From: Escherichia phage FL38
Strand: one strand, 5' to 3'
Sequence record: PP400784
Length of the DNA stretch: 64,000 nt
Made by a program: the position numbers and the translations under genes. Shown here in pieces: positions 25,598 to 33,696 of this stretch. Under the pieces are notes generated by a model that made no database searches, was not told where the DNA came from, and was given only the letters and a program-made list of their open reading frames with translations. How positions within the stretch are numbered: position 1 is the stretch's first letter; every line of letters begins with the position of its first letter.

Positions 25598-26830
25598 TTA
25601 TACTGCCATTTGAGCGGTGATTGCTGGATGGCTTTGATAGTTGTGAATTTTAAAGTCTTTCGGAGTCTTTGTCAATACCTCATCTAAAGATTTAAATTCC
25701 GGCAACTCAATCGTTGGTTTATCAAACGGAACACGGCTTAACTGTTCCATAACTTGATCAAAATGGTTTTTGTAAATGTGAGTATCTCCACCAGAGAAAA
25801 TCAGTTCTCCTACCTCAAGATCACACATTTTCGCTATGATGTGAGTTAACAGCGCATAGCTGGCGACGTTAAAGGGCAAGCCTAAAAAGCTGTCTACGCT
25901 TCTCTGAAACCACATACAAGACAGTTTACCTTCATTGACGTAGAATTGCACGAAAGGATGACATACACCCAATACAGCATTATGTGTTCCTTGTACGTTC
26001 CATGAGTCAATAATGATCCGGCGATCCGTTGGATTGTTTTTAATTTGTTCAATCACGTTTTGTAACTGGTCTTCCCAAATCTTCGGGCGATAGACATATT
26101 CTTCATCGTCTTTAGTGCTCGATGTGTCTACGTCCATACTAGCAAAGATCGTGGTATCTGGTGCTAAAATATCCCCACCCAGATAATCACTATCAAGCAG
26201 ATAACCGAAATAACCATCATCTACCCATTCCTGGAATCCCCACAAGCAATATGCATCATTAACAAAATTAGATTGAGTCTTCCAGTGGTCTGCTACTAAG
26301 AATAGATTATACTCAGAATCAAACTCTTCATAACGCATACCACGCCAGATAGCACATAAACGGTCTTCTGTTTCATTGGTTGGCGTAAAGTCTTCTACCC
26401 ACGGGTGCTTAAATGTATGTGCATATTTGCTCTTAACGCGCTTAATTTTGATTTCACCGTGTGGATGGATCGGTTTGCGTCGCCATGCCATACCATACAT
26501 ATTGCCGACATTATAACCATTGAATCGCAAAGGATTCTTTTCTTTCATATCAAGGCAGTTGCCGCGCCAAATGTCGAAGGCTTCTTCGTCAAACTTACCG
26601 CGTGTAATTTCCTGTAAGCGACGGCGGTCAAGTGATCCCTCCATAAACCATAGCAACTCGCCAATTACAGAGGCTGTAGCCATCTTTTTAGTGGTCAGTA
26701 ATGGGAAACCCTTGCTTAAATCAATTCGCATCTCTGCGCCGAATTTAGATAGCGTACCTACCCCCGTGCGGTCTTCACGAGGCCAACCATTATCAAGAAC
26801 ATCACGCAACAGTTTCAAATATTCTTTCAT
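25598..26830 (-). CDS. td: Thymidylate synthase with about 125-aa internal insertion
   Basis: Conserved TS blocks DRTGVGT, RRIIIDSWN, CHPFVQFYV, FQRSVDSFLGLPFNVASYALL, SGGDTHIYKNH, C-terminal QMAV; 410 aa vs about 286 in T4. Confidence 0.85.
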   Translation of the reverse strand: MKEYLKLLRDVLDNGWPREDRTGVGTLSKFGAEMRIDLSKGFPLLTTKKMATASVIGELLWFMEGSLDRRRLQEITRGKFDEEAFDIWRGNCLDMKEKNPLRFNGYNVGNMYGMAWRRKPIHPHGEIKIKRVKSKYAHTFKHPWVEDFTPTNETEDRLCAIWRGMRYEEFDSEYNLFLVADHWKTQSNFVNDAYCLWGFQEWVDDGYFGYLLDSDYLGGDILAPDTTIFASMDVDTSSTKDDEEYVYRPKIWEDQLQNVIEQIKNNPTDRRIIIDSWNVQGTHNAVLGVCHPFVQFYVNEGKLSCMWFQRSVDSFLGLPFNVASYALLTHIIAKMCDLEVGELIFSGGDTHIYKNHFDQVMEQLSRVPFDKPTIELPEFKSLDEVLTKTPKDFKIHNYQSHPAITAQMAV

Positions 26831-27071
26831 CCCACATCACCTTTTTCTTGTTGATTGCTTTCTTACGCAGTTTTGCTACTGTCTCGTCAATATCGATAAA
26901 GACAACGCCACGGTCGAATATAGTAGCAGGTCTTGAGATATCGCTATTTTCTTGCACAGGAAGCCATGATGCGCTCGCTTCATCATAGAGATATTGTAAA
27001 CCGTAATAATCTACGGCTACTGCGTAGTTTTCACTGGTAGCCGTCCATAATTGAATAATACCGACTTTCAT
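26802..27071 (-). CDS. Hypothetical protein (about 89 aa)
   Basis: ORF overlapping td start; start trimmed to MKVGIIQLW. Confidence 0.4.
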   Translation of the reverse strand: MKVGIIQLWTATSENYAVAVDYYGLQYLYDEASASWLPVQENSDISRPATIFDRGVVFIDIDETVAKLRKKAINKKKVMWDERIFETVA

Positions 27072-27164
27072 TATTGTTCCCGTCCGCAATGTAAGCACCG
27101 ACTACCAGCAAACATCAAAGATTCACCACAATGTTTGCACTCATAATCTGTCAGAATTTTCATG

Positions 27165-27734
27165 TTACGCCTTCTTACGTTCTAAAATTTGTTCGCTGAT
27201 CAGGTAATCATCAAGGAAGTAATTATGTTCTTCTTTTGTTGCAAAGTCAAAATATAATTCCTGAATCATTTCCTTAGAGATACCAACATCATATTCGAAC
27301 GGATCATTAATTCCTGCTCGTTGAACATATGTTAACACAATACGATCCGCAAAGTCAACCGCTTTTTCAATCAGGGAAGGTCCACCGATAACACTTACCA
27401 AACCTTGCGTTTTCTCCAGGACTTTTAACAGATCCTTTAATTCAATTCCAGTATACACATTAGGCTGGTCGCCGTTTTTGGCTTTCGGTGTCGGCTTGCT
27501 GGCATCGGTACTAATAACCACATTAAGACGACCTTCCAGTGCTTTAGGCAGACTTTCAAAGGTATTACGTCCCATTACAACCGCCGCAAGTTCAACATCT
27601 CCCATAGTGCGCATTTTAAAGTTTTCCATGTCCTTTTTGATTGGACGACCCCACGGTAAACCGCCTTTAAAACCAAAAGCCCAATTTTCATCTGACATTT
27701 TAGTGTCACCAATCGCAAATACACATTGAATCAT
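27165..27734 (-). CDS. frd: Dihydrofolate reductase
   Basis: 189 aa; DHFR motifs GGLPWG, VVMGRNTFESLP; T4 position after td. Confidence 0.85.
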   Translation of the reverse strand: MIQCVFAIGDTKMSDENWAFGFKGGLPWGRPIKKDMENFKMRTMGDVELAAVVMGRNTFESLPKALEGRLNVVISTDASKPTPKAKNGDQPNVYTGIELKDLLKVLEKTQGLVSVIGGPSLIEKAVDFADRIVLTYVQRAGINDPFEYDVGISKEMIQELYFDFATKEEHNYFLDDYLISEQILERKKA

Positions 27735-27749
27735 AATATAAATCTCCCA

Positions 27750-28079
27750 TCAAATCAGTTTGAAATAGTTTTCGTTTACATTTTCTTCTGTGATTGCTGT
27801 CTTAAATTCAGTCCCATCATCAGGCGAAACATAATAGTGTTCGGAATAATCACGCCACTTTTTCAGTAAGCTGACACCAATATTAACACCATTTTCCCAG
27901 AAACGGAAGACAATTTTATCGGCAGTGTAACGATAATCACTTTGAATCAAGCTACTGTCACCGCGTCGTGTTTCGTAAATTGTAATACAATCGCGATTGG
28001 CTACTTTTAGGCATGTTTCAATAGTCCCACATGCGATAATTTCGAACGAATCGTTAACTTCTTTTTCTACGGTCCACAT
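27750..28079 (-). CDS. Hypothetical protein (about 109 aa)
   Basis: Start trimmed to MWTVEKEV with SD GAGAGGA; ORF-track start lies in the promoter -10. Confidence 0.5.
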   Translation of the reverse strand: MWTVEKEVNDSFEIIACGTIETCLKVANRDCITIYETRRGDSSLIQSDYRYTADKIVFRFWENGVNIGVSLLKKWRDYSEHYYVSPDDGTEFKTAITEENVNENYFKLI

Positions 28080-28112
28080 AATATAATCCTCTCTTTGTTT
28101 CGATGTATGTGT

Positions 28113-28140
28113 ATTATACACTACTGCGTTACACTGTCAA
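28113..28140 (-). promoter_or_regulatory. Early promoter cassette
   Basis: TTGACA-16 bp-TATAAT overlapping the 3' end of upstream gene. Confidence 0.6.
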
Positions 28141-29511
28141 CTCTTTTTCAAAAGATTTTACGATATACATGATAGTGCTCAATTCTGACGGCGCTACTGT
28201 CTCTGTGTAGCCATCCGGCATATCTTCTTTTGAGATATAGGAAGTTTTACCTTTCATCGCTTCCTTGATCGTGTTCTCTAATTCTAAGATCTTTTGACCG
28301 TCTTGTAAAGTCAATTCATAAAAGATCTCGTGGTCGAACTTAGAAACACGAGATTGGTTTTTCATTCGTTCTTGTGTTGTTAAATTGGTTATTCCAAACT
28401 TAACTGCCGTTAACGATTTATGTTTGTTTAGTTTCTGTACATAAAATGTTCCCGGTTTTATAGGTTGATAGCCCATTTTAGAACATTTTCTGCATCTTGT
28501 CCCAGATTGTACAAATTTACTATATGTTGGTGTATACTCATGACCCATTTCACATGTAATTTTTAATCTTGTTTCGACCCCAGAATAGCTACCTCCACAA
28601 AATCCGTGAAATTTATTATTACCCAACACGGAAATTATATTTTTTATTGCATCGTCTTCGTTCCTGCGACCACTACATACTCCACATCTATATCCACCAT
28701 GAAAAAAATCACTAAACGCAATATTGTACTCATGTCCATTATTACACGTCATATTAAGTCTCGTCCTTATATTTTCGTATTTTCCACCAACAAATCCATT
28801 GAAAATATGGTCTCCTTTGACCGAATTAATTCTATCTAACGCGGTAGTTTCTGTTAAACGCTTTGTCCCGCAGCATTCCGGGCATCTAGTTCCTTGAATA
28901 AAATGACCATACGTTGGTTGATATATGTGTCCATTATTACACTCTATTATTAACTTTGTTTTATGTGCACCAATGTAAGCACCACCAACAAATCCATGAA
29001 ATTTTTCATCGACCAGTGCGTTGATGATATTTTGTATAGCTTCATCATTCGATTTTTTGTGTTTATTATTGCAAATTGGACATGTATTGACACCACCAAT
29101 TATGCTGGAATAACATCTATGGTATTCGTGACCGTGTTCTTTACATTTTAATATAATTTTAGATGTCGATACATTTTTAAACTCTTCTGTCGTGAAACCC
29201 ATAAACTCGCTATCTGTTAATGAAGATTTTATATCATCAATAACTTGTTCGGTTGATTTCTTTGCATTGGGTGCGCATAAACCACATTTGGTTTTTCTTC
29301 CAACTAGTGTTTTAATAGTTTTTGTGTGTGTTGTGTGTCCTTTATCGCACATTATACATACCCTTGTATCACATCCTTTCCAATCATCAACAAACCCGAG
29401 AAATTTGTAATTTATAGAGTGACAATATTCGCGTACTGTATTCTCGTGAATTGTCGGTTGTTTTTGTCTCTTACCAACGCAAATGTCCTTAGCAAAGTAT
29501 GTTTTCAACAT
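28129..29511 (-). CDS. Multi-zinc-ribbon repeat protein with C-terminal GIY-YIG-like (T5orf172-type) domain
   Basis: Five repeats of about 65 aa (GF.GG.Y ... C..GHEY ... C..C); C-terminus GTFYVQKL ... KFGIT ... DGYTETV; start trimmed to MLKTYF with SD GGAGGA. Confidence 0.55.
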   Translation of the reverse strand: MLKTYFAKDICVGKRQKQPTIHENTVREYCHSINYKFLGFVDDWKGCDTRVCIMCDKGHTTHTKTIKTLVGRKTKCGLCAPNAKKSTEQVIDDIKSSLTDSEFMGFTTEEFKNVSTSKIILKCKEHGHEYHRCYSSIIGGVNTCPICNNKHKKSNDEAIQNIINALVDEKFHGFVGGAYIGAHKTKLIIECNNGHIYQPTYGHFIQGTRCPECCGTKRLTETTALDRINSVKGDHIFNGFVGGKYENIRTRLNMTCNNGHEYNIAFSDFFHGGYRCGVCSGRRNEDDAIKNIISVLGNNKFHGFCGGSYSGVETRLKITCEMGHEYTPTYSKFVQSGTRCRKCSKMGYQPIKPGTFYVQKLNKHKSLTAVKFGITNLTTQERMKNQSRVSKFDHEIFYELTLQDGQKILELENTIKEAMKGKTSYISKEDMPDGYTETVAPSELSTIMYIVKSFEKELTV

Positions 29512-29539
29512 TTTTATCCTCCGTTGTTTCGATGTGTGC

Positions 29540-29567
29540 ATTATACATTACCACATAAGCATGTCAA
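29540..29567 (-). promoter_or_regulatory. Early promoter cassette
   Basis: TTGACA-16 bp-TATAAT followed by conserved leader ACACATCGAAACAA. Confidence 0.65.
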
Positions 29568-29592
29568 CACCTTTTTTCATAAAATTTTAGAC

Positions 29593-29620
29593 AATAAAAA
29601 AGCCTCCCCGAAGGGAGGCT
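29593..29620 (-). terminator. Rho-independent terminator after gene 32
   Basis: GCCTCCC-cgaa-GGGAGGC hairpin followed by U6 on minus strand. Confidence 0.75.
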
Positions 29621-29630
29621 GTAAAATTCA

Positions 29631-30599
29631 TTACATCGCTAACAGAGAGTCCAGGTCATCCAGATCAGAAGCTGAGGAAGTACCGCCACCCAGATCCAGA
29701 GATGCCATCAGGTCATCAGCGGAAGAATCTAACGCCGTGCTAGCTGCGTTAATACCAACTACAGTGCTAGCTGTGGTAGTACCAGCGTCGAATGCATTCA
29801 TCTGTGCGTCAAAATCATCAAGCTGGCTGTTAATCGCTGCCGCAGCACTGGAAGCCGCAGCACCAGCTACCATAGAAACGCCCATAGTTTTCTTAAATTT
29901 GGTTTCCAGTTCATCGAACGGTTTAAACTGACTAGGCGCTACAATCTCACTCAGATCAACCATGTTTTCCATCAGATATTTCTGATATGCTTCGTCTTCA
30001 ATTTTCGGAAGCTGTGATTGCTGCATGAAACGAGAATCATCATAGTTCTGGTGTTTATCAACCTTCTTAGCTTTCAGGAGGAAGTTAGCACCGGAGAACA
30101 CACAAGTTACATCTACCGGAACTTCGCCCATGTCGGTATTCACGTTCACCATTGCAACGATCTTATCATAAATTTTCTGACCGAAGCGGAATTTGAATAC
30201 CTTACCTTCATTTTCTGGTGCTTGAGGATCTTTCAGTACCAGAATATTTGCGTAGTAAGACGCTTTACGCTTAATCAGTTGCCATTCGGTTTTATCGGTA
30301 TTGTATAGGTCTTTTTCGTTAATATATTTGCACACAGGGCAAGAATCAAAATCACCGTGGGTGCTTGAGCAGTTTTCCCAATACCATTTACCATTAACTT
30401 TGAAGGAATGGTTTACCAGTTTCACAATCGGCAGACCGTCTTCTGTCTTAGACGGCAGGAAGCGAATCAGGGCTTCACCGTTACCTGCTGCATCAGTCTT
30501 AATCTTCCACTCTTTCGGATCTTCTTTGGAGAAACCGTTGCCACCTTTCAGTGCGGCCAGTTGAGCTTGCAGTTTGGAAGAATCTTGGCGTTTAAACAT
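29631..30599 (-). CDS. 32: Single-stranded DNA-binding protein gp32
   Basis: [27 protein letters not shown], zinc-site [12 protein letters not shown], acidic C-terminal tail parallel T4 gp32; start set at ATG matching T4 N-terminus. Confidence 0.93.
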   Translation of the reverse strand: MFKRQDSSKLQAQLAALKGGNGFSKEDPKEWKIKTDAAGNGEALIRFLPSKTEDGLPIVKLVNHSFKVNGKWYWENCSSTHGDFDSCPVCKYINEKDLYNTDKTEWQLIKRKASYYANILVLKDPQAPENEGKVFKFRFGQKIYDKIVAMVNVNTDMGEVPVDVTCVFSGANFLLKAKKVDKHQNYDDSRFMQQSQLPKIEDEAYQKYLMENMVDLSEIVAPSQFKPFDELETKFKKTMGVSMVAGAAASSAAAAINSQLDDFDAQMNAFDAGTTTASTVVGINAASTALDSSADDLMASLDLGGGTSSASDLDDLDSLLAM

Positions 30600-30635
30600 A
30601 TTCACTATTCCTTCTTTTGATTAATTTACTAGACT

Positions 30636-30663
30636 ATTATACAGATTTAAATTTACTTGTCAA
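30636..30663 (-). promoter_or_regulatory. Promoter for gene 32 with A/U-rich leader
   Basis: TTGACA-16 bp-TATAAT on minus strand overlapping gp59 stop; unstructured A/U-rich 5' UTR. Confidence 0.55.
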
Positions 30664-31340
30664 CTATTTGTTTCGGCTTTTAATTGAGATATTTCTTTAC
30701 ACTCTTTAACTACTTTAACAAATAATGCTCTTGCTTTTGCGGCGTCAATAACAAGTAGTTTCTTGTACGCCTTCATTTTAACACTATAAGTTTGCCAAAT
30801 CAAGTCTTTGGCTACCTTGTCGTGTTCGTCGATTATATTTAGAAAGCTATCTAACAACATAAACGACTCAAACGATATAATCCGATTTTGCAGTAGTTTA
30901 AATATACCGCTAGTTTCGGTTGCGGGATTGTATGTAATTAGCTCTTTAAGAGTAACCCCGCGTTTCTCGGAGAAGTATACCAGACTTTTAATGTCATCGT
31001 CAAATCGTGTTGCTGCATCGGTTATCTTTCCTATGTATTCCATATAAAAGCCGTATGCGTCAACATCAGTGATTTCACCTACCCATGCATCGGTATTAGC
31101 TACCAGATTGCTTAGGAATAGGAAGTATAATTCTCTTAGATTGTACTTTTCCGCTAATTTTGCGAAATAATACTTATCTCTGCGTTTATTGAATGCGGCA
31201 TCAGATAACCGCATCCTCCAATTGTATTTTACGCAATCATAACGCCCGTTCATGTGAGCTTTCATCATGCAATATAACATATACACAGATTTAGCATTAA
31301 TTCGCATATCTGGATCTGGAGGAAGACGGTTTCTGATCAT
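30660..31340 (-). CDS. 59: Helicase loader gp59
   Basis: 226 aa; GKSVYMLY, HMNGRYD..KYNW, LVANTDAW, NIIDEHD parallel T4 gp59. Confidence 0.9.
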   Translation of the reverse strand: MIRNRLPPDPDMRINAKSVYMLYCMMKAHMNGRYDCVKYNWRMRLSDAAFNKRRDKYYFAKLAEKYNLRELYFLFLSNLVANTDAWVGEITDVDAYGFYMEYIGKITDAATRFDDDIKSLVYFSEKRGVTLKELITYNPATETSGIFKLLQNRIISFESFMLLDSFLNIIDEHDKVAKDLIWQTYSVKMKAYKKLLVIDAAKARALFVKVVKECKEISQLKAETNS

Positions 31341-31349
31341 ACATACCCC

Positions 31350-31619
31350 TTAAATATCGAGAGTGTTGGTCGGTTCGTCGATCACTCCCTTCCTGAGCGT
31401 TCTATTTACTATACATTCTTGTGTGATCTTGTCAATAATGGACACCGGAATATACTTCTGATAGTGACCATATTCTATAGAGTTTTCCTCTACAAACTGA
31501 GTTGTCGCTTCAAGATAAGTCAATCCCTCTTCAACAACCAGTTTTTCGATTGCAAGACCGTTTGCTGTTTTATTCGCGGCTTTTACCGCATGTTCATTAA
31601 GCATTGAACACCCGATCAT
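31350..31619 (-). CDS. 33: Late transcription co-activator gp33
   Basis: EKLVVEEGLTYLEATTQFVEENSI parallels T4 gp33 core; true start uncertain. Confidence 0.75.
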   Translation of the reverse strand: MIGCSMLNEHAVKAANKTANGLAIEKLVVEEGLTYLEATTQFVEENSIEYGHYQKYIPVSIIDKITQECIVNRTLRKGVIDEPTNTLDI

Positions 31620-31872
31620 AGAGTTCTACCGCTTCATCGCGTTCTGCTTCGAAGGTTTCGCGCTGTTGCTGGTGATACAGTTTAAACAGAATGCCCCACA
31701 TTTTACCATCTACGCCTAATTCTTCTTTAGCACGCTGTTTGATCTCTTTGATCTTATCGCCATATGCTTCTTGAATGGTTTTCTGATCGCTGGCTTCTTT
31801 AATCAGTTGTGCCAGGGTATTTCCGTGCACTGCTTCGTCAAATACTACTTTTTCTTTTTTCTGTTCAGTCAT
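31597..31872 (-). CDS. dsbA: dsDNA-binding protein DsbA
   Basis: 91 aa; N-terminal MTEQKK and FEAERDEAVELYD pattern and T4 position. Confidence 0.65.
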   Translation of the reverse strand: MTEQKKEKVVFDEAVHGNTLAQLIKEASDQKTIQEAYGDKIKEIKQRAKEELGVDGKMWGILFKLYHQQQRETFEAERDEAVELYDRVFNA

Positions 31873-31876
31873 AATA

Positions 31877-32476
31877 TTAACCCTCTTTAGTCATTAATTG
31901 AAAACCACGTTCAGATTTTGAGATTTCGCTAGGACGTAAATCGTCACCAACATATTCTAGCATCATTTCTCGGATAATGTCAAGTGCTTTTTCATCACCT
32001 GATTTTAACTCGAACTCAAGTTCATAATGAGCAGTGTCGCCCAATCCTTCTCCTACTTTGCCATAATAGAAAGTGTCTTTGCACATTTCCACTATACCGC
32101 AACCCATATCTAGAGTCAATGACTTGCGATATGTCATTACTTGCATTATTGTAGTGATATAGTCGGAGTTTACCCCTAGACTATCAATAAAATGGACGAA
32201 CTCATCCCAATTTGAAAATGTCATTTCCTCGCGGTTGAATAGTCCAGATTCATTATCACCCATTTTGACCATGATCTCTGATTTTCTACAGTCAAGTCGT
32301 GCATAAATTCCTTTTTGACGTAGCGCATGATCTTCGGTATCATAATAAAATTCGTGTTTTAATATGTTATCTCGATCGACGATATTATAACCGTCATACA
32401 TTGCCACCCACAAATCACAGATGGTTTCGACGCCAATTTGTGAGTGTGCATAGTATTTTAACTCAAGTTCTTTCAT
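31877..32476 (-). CDS. CYTH-domain protein (triphosphate tunnel metalloenzyme family)
   Basis: N-terminal ELELKYY (ExExK), EFYYDTEDHALRQKGIYARL, YRKSLTLDMGCGIVEM, C-terminal HYELEFELK: CYTH signature blocks. Confidence 0.6.
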   Translation of the reverse strand: MKELELKYYAHSQIGVETICDLWVAMYDGYNIVDRDNILKHEFYYDTEDHALRQKGIYARLDCRKSEIMVKMGDNESGLFNREEMTFSNWDEFVHFIDSLGVNSDYITTIMQVMTYRKSLTLDMGCGIVEMCKDTFYYGKVGEGLGDTAHYELEFELKSGDEKALDIIREMMLEYVGDDLRPSEISKSERGFQLMTKEG

Positions 32477-32486
32477 GTGTCAACCC

Positions 32487-33434
32487 TTAGAACTCACCAA
32501 TTTTCTGCAACATTTTAACTAACGCATTTGTTACAAAATAGTTATAAATTTTACCGCGTGGTGCTGGTTTAGATTTCTCCCATGCTAACAAAATTTCATA
32601 TTCGATGTTATCAGGAATAAATTCAAAATCAATAAGTTCGCGGTTTTCGTCAAAGCGTCGTGCTTCTTCCTCTGTCATCAAAGACTTTGGATCTTCGGCA
32701 TCGAAAATTTGCTCTAACCATTTGGTTGCAATTGGTTTAGCTCGTTCTCCTTCCAGTCGTGAGATAATGAAATCACTACGGCACTTGATAGAAGCTACAC
32801 CGTCTTTTGCGTCACCCTTAACACATTTTACCATAAGGTCTTTGTAAGGGCTACCATATTTGCATTTCTTCCACGCTTTCTGTACTGGCGACCACTGTTT
32901 CACGTTTTTGTATTTGTGCAACTGTGTGTAGTCACCATCGCCTGAGTTGATCAGCACCTGGCGACCTTCGACAGAAAACTTTTTAGTTAACACAGCGATT
33001 ATATCATCCGCTTCAACTTTGTCAACCTTAATAACGTGATAAGGCATGTTCTCTTTAAACTCTTCGGTGATCTTATTGATCGCAGCAAAGATCATCTCCC
33101 AATCACGCGGATCTGCGTCTCGTTTTTCCTTACGGTTGCGTTTATAGTAAGGGGCGATATCACGTCGCCAGTAACCTTTACTTGAATCAAAGGCAAGTAC
33201 CGTAATTGGGTATTGCTCTTTGAATTTTGTCATATTATAACGCATGGTGTCAAGAATAAGATGACGAATCATGCCTTCATTAATAGGATCTTCCGGTTTA
33301 AAGGTATGCGAGATAGTAGCAATCATAAGCTGCGACATATCAATCAAATGCACACCTTCCGGCAGTTTATCTTCTGGATCATCGAAGAAATCATTAAGTG
33401 TAGCGGTAGTTTTTGTAAACGGGTTATACGTCAT
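32487..33434 (-). CDS. rnh: RNase H / FEN-family 5'-3' exonuclease
   Basis: 315 aa; N-terminal LIDMSQLMIATI block parallels T4 RNase H; position before gene 34. Confidence 0.8.
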   Translation of the reverse strand: MTYNPFTKTTATLNDFFDDPEDKLPEGVHLIDMSQLMIATISHTFKPEDPINEGMIRHLILDTMRYNMTKFKEQYPITVLAFDSSKGYWRRDIAPYYKRNRKEKRDADPRDWEMIFAAINKITEEFKENMPYHVIKVDKVEADDIIAVLTKKFSVEGRQVLINSGDGDYTQLHKYKNVKQWSPVQKAWKKCKYGSPYKDLMVKCVKGDAKDGVASIKCRSDFIISRLEGERAKPIATKWLEQIFDAEDPKSLMTEEEARRFDENRELIDFEFIPDNIEYEILLAWEKSKPAPRGKIYNYFVTNALVKMLQKIGEF

Positions 33435-33436
33435 AA

Positions 33437-33622
33437 TTAAGTTCTCTCCACTCTCACAACAACATATTCGCCAAACGAGTTAGATACTTCACGATCATAC
33501 CCGTACTTCTCCATAACTCGCAGAATTGCATTGTTTAATTCAGCACGGAAATAATTATAATCCTTATCAGGGATTCTGTCAACTACCCATTTTGCACCTT
33601 CTGACAAATCAACTTTAACCAT
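33437..33622 (-). CDS. Hypothetical protein (61 aa)
   Basis: ORF between rnh and gene 34 late promoter. Confidence 0.4.
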   Translation of the reverse strand: MVKVDLSEGAKWVVDRIPDKDYNYFRAELNNAILRVMEKYGYDREVSNSFGEYVVVRVERT

Positions 33623-33660
33623 AATATATCATCCTCTTTTGTTTCTATCAAGCCTCATTT

Positions 33661-33668
33661 TATAAATA
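33661..33668 (+). promoter_or_regulatory. T4-type late promoter (TATAAATA) for gene 34
   Basis: Exact TATAAATA about 30 nt upstream of gp34 ATG, followed by SD AAGGAG. Confidence 0.8.
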
Positions 33669-33696
33669 TGAACATACTATAAAAGGAGACCCAATA

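Noticed and set aside
25598-26830. Group I intron in td or nrdB, as in T4
   Set aside because: Both genes are single uninterrupted ORFs with collinear conserved motifs. The extra length in td is in-frame coding sequence, reported as an insertion rather than an intron.
27071-27163. 30-aa CxxC...CxxC mini-ORF between frd and the next gene
   Set aside because: Too short to support without expression data; noted only as a possible zinc-ribbon peptide with TAATG coupling.
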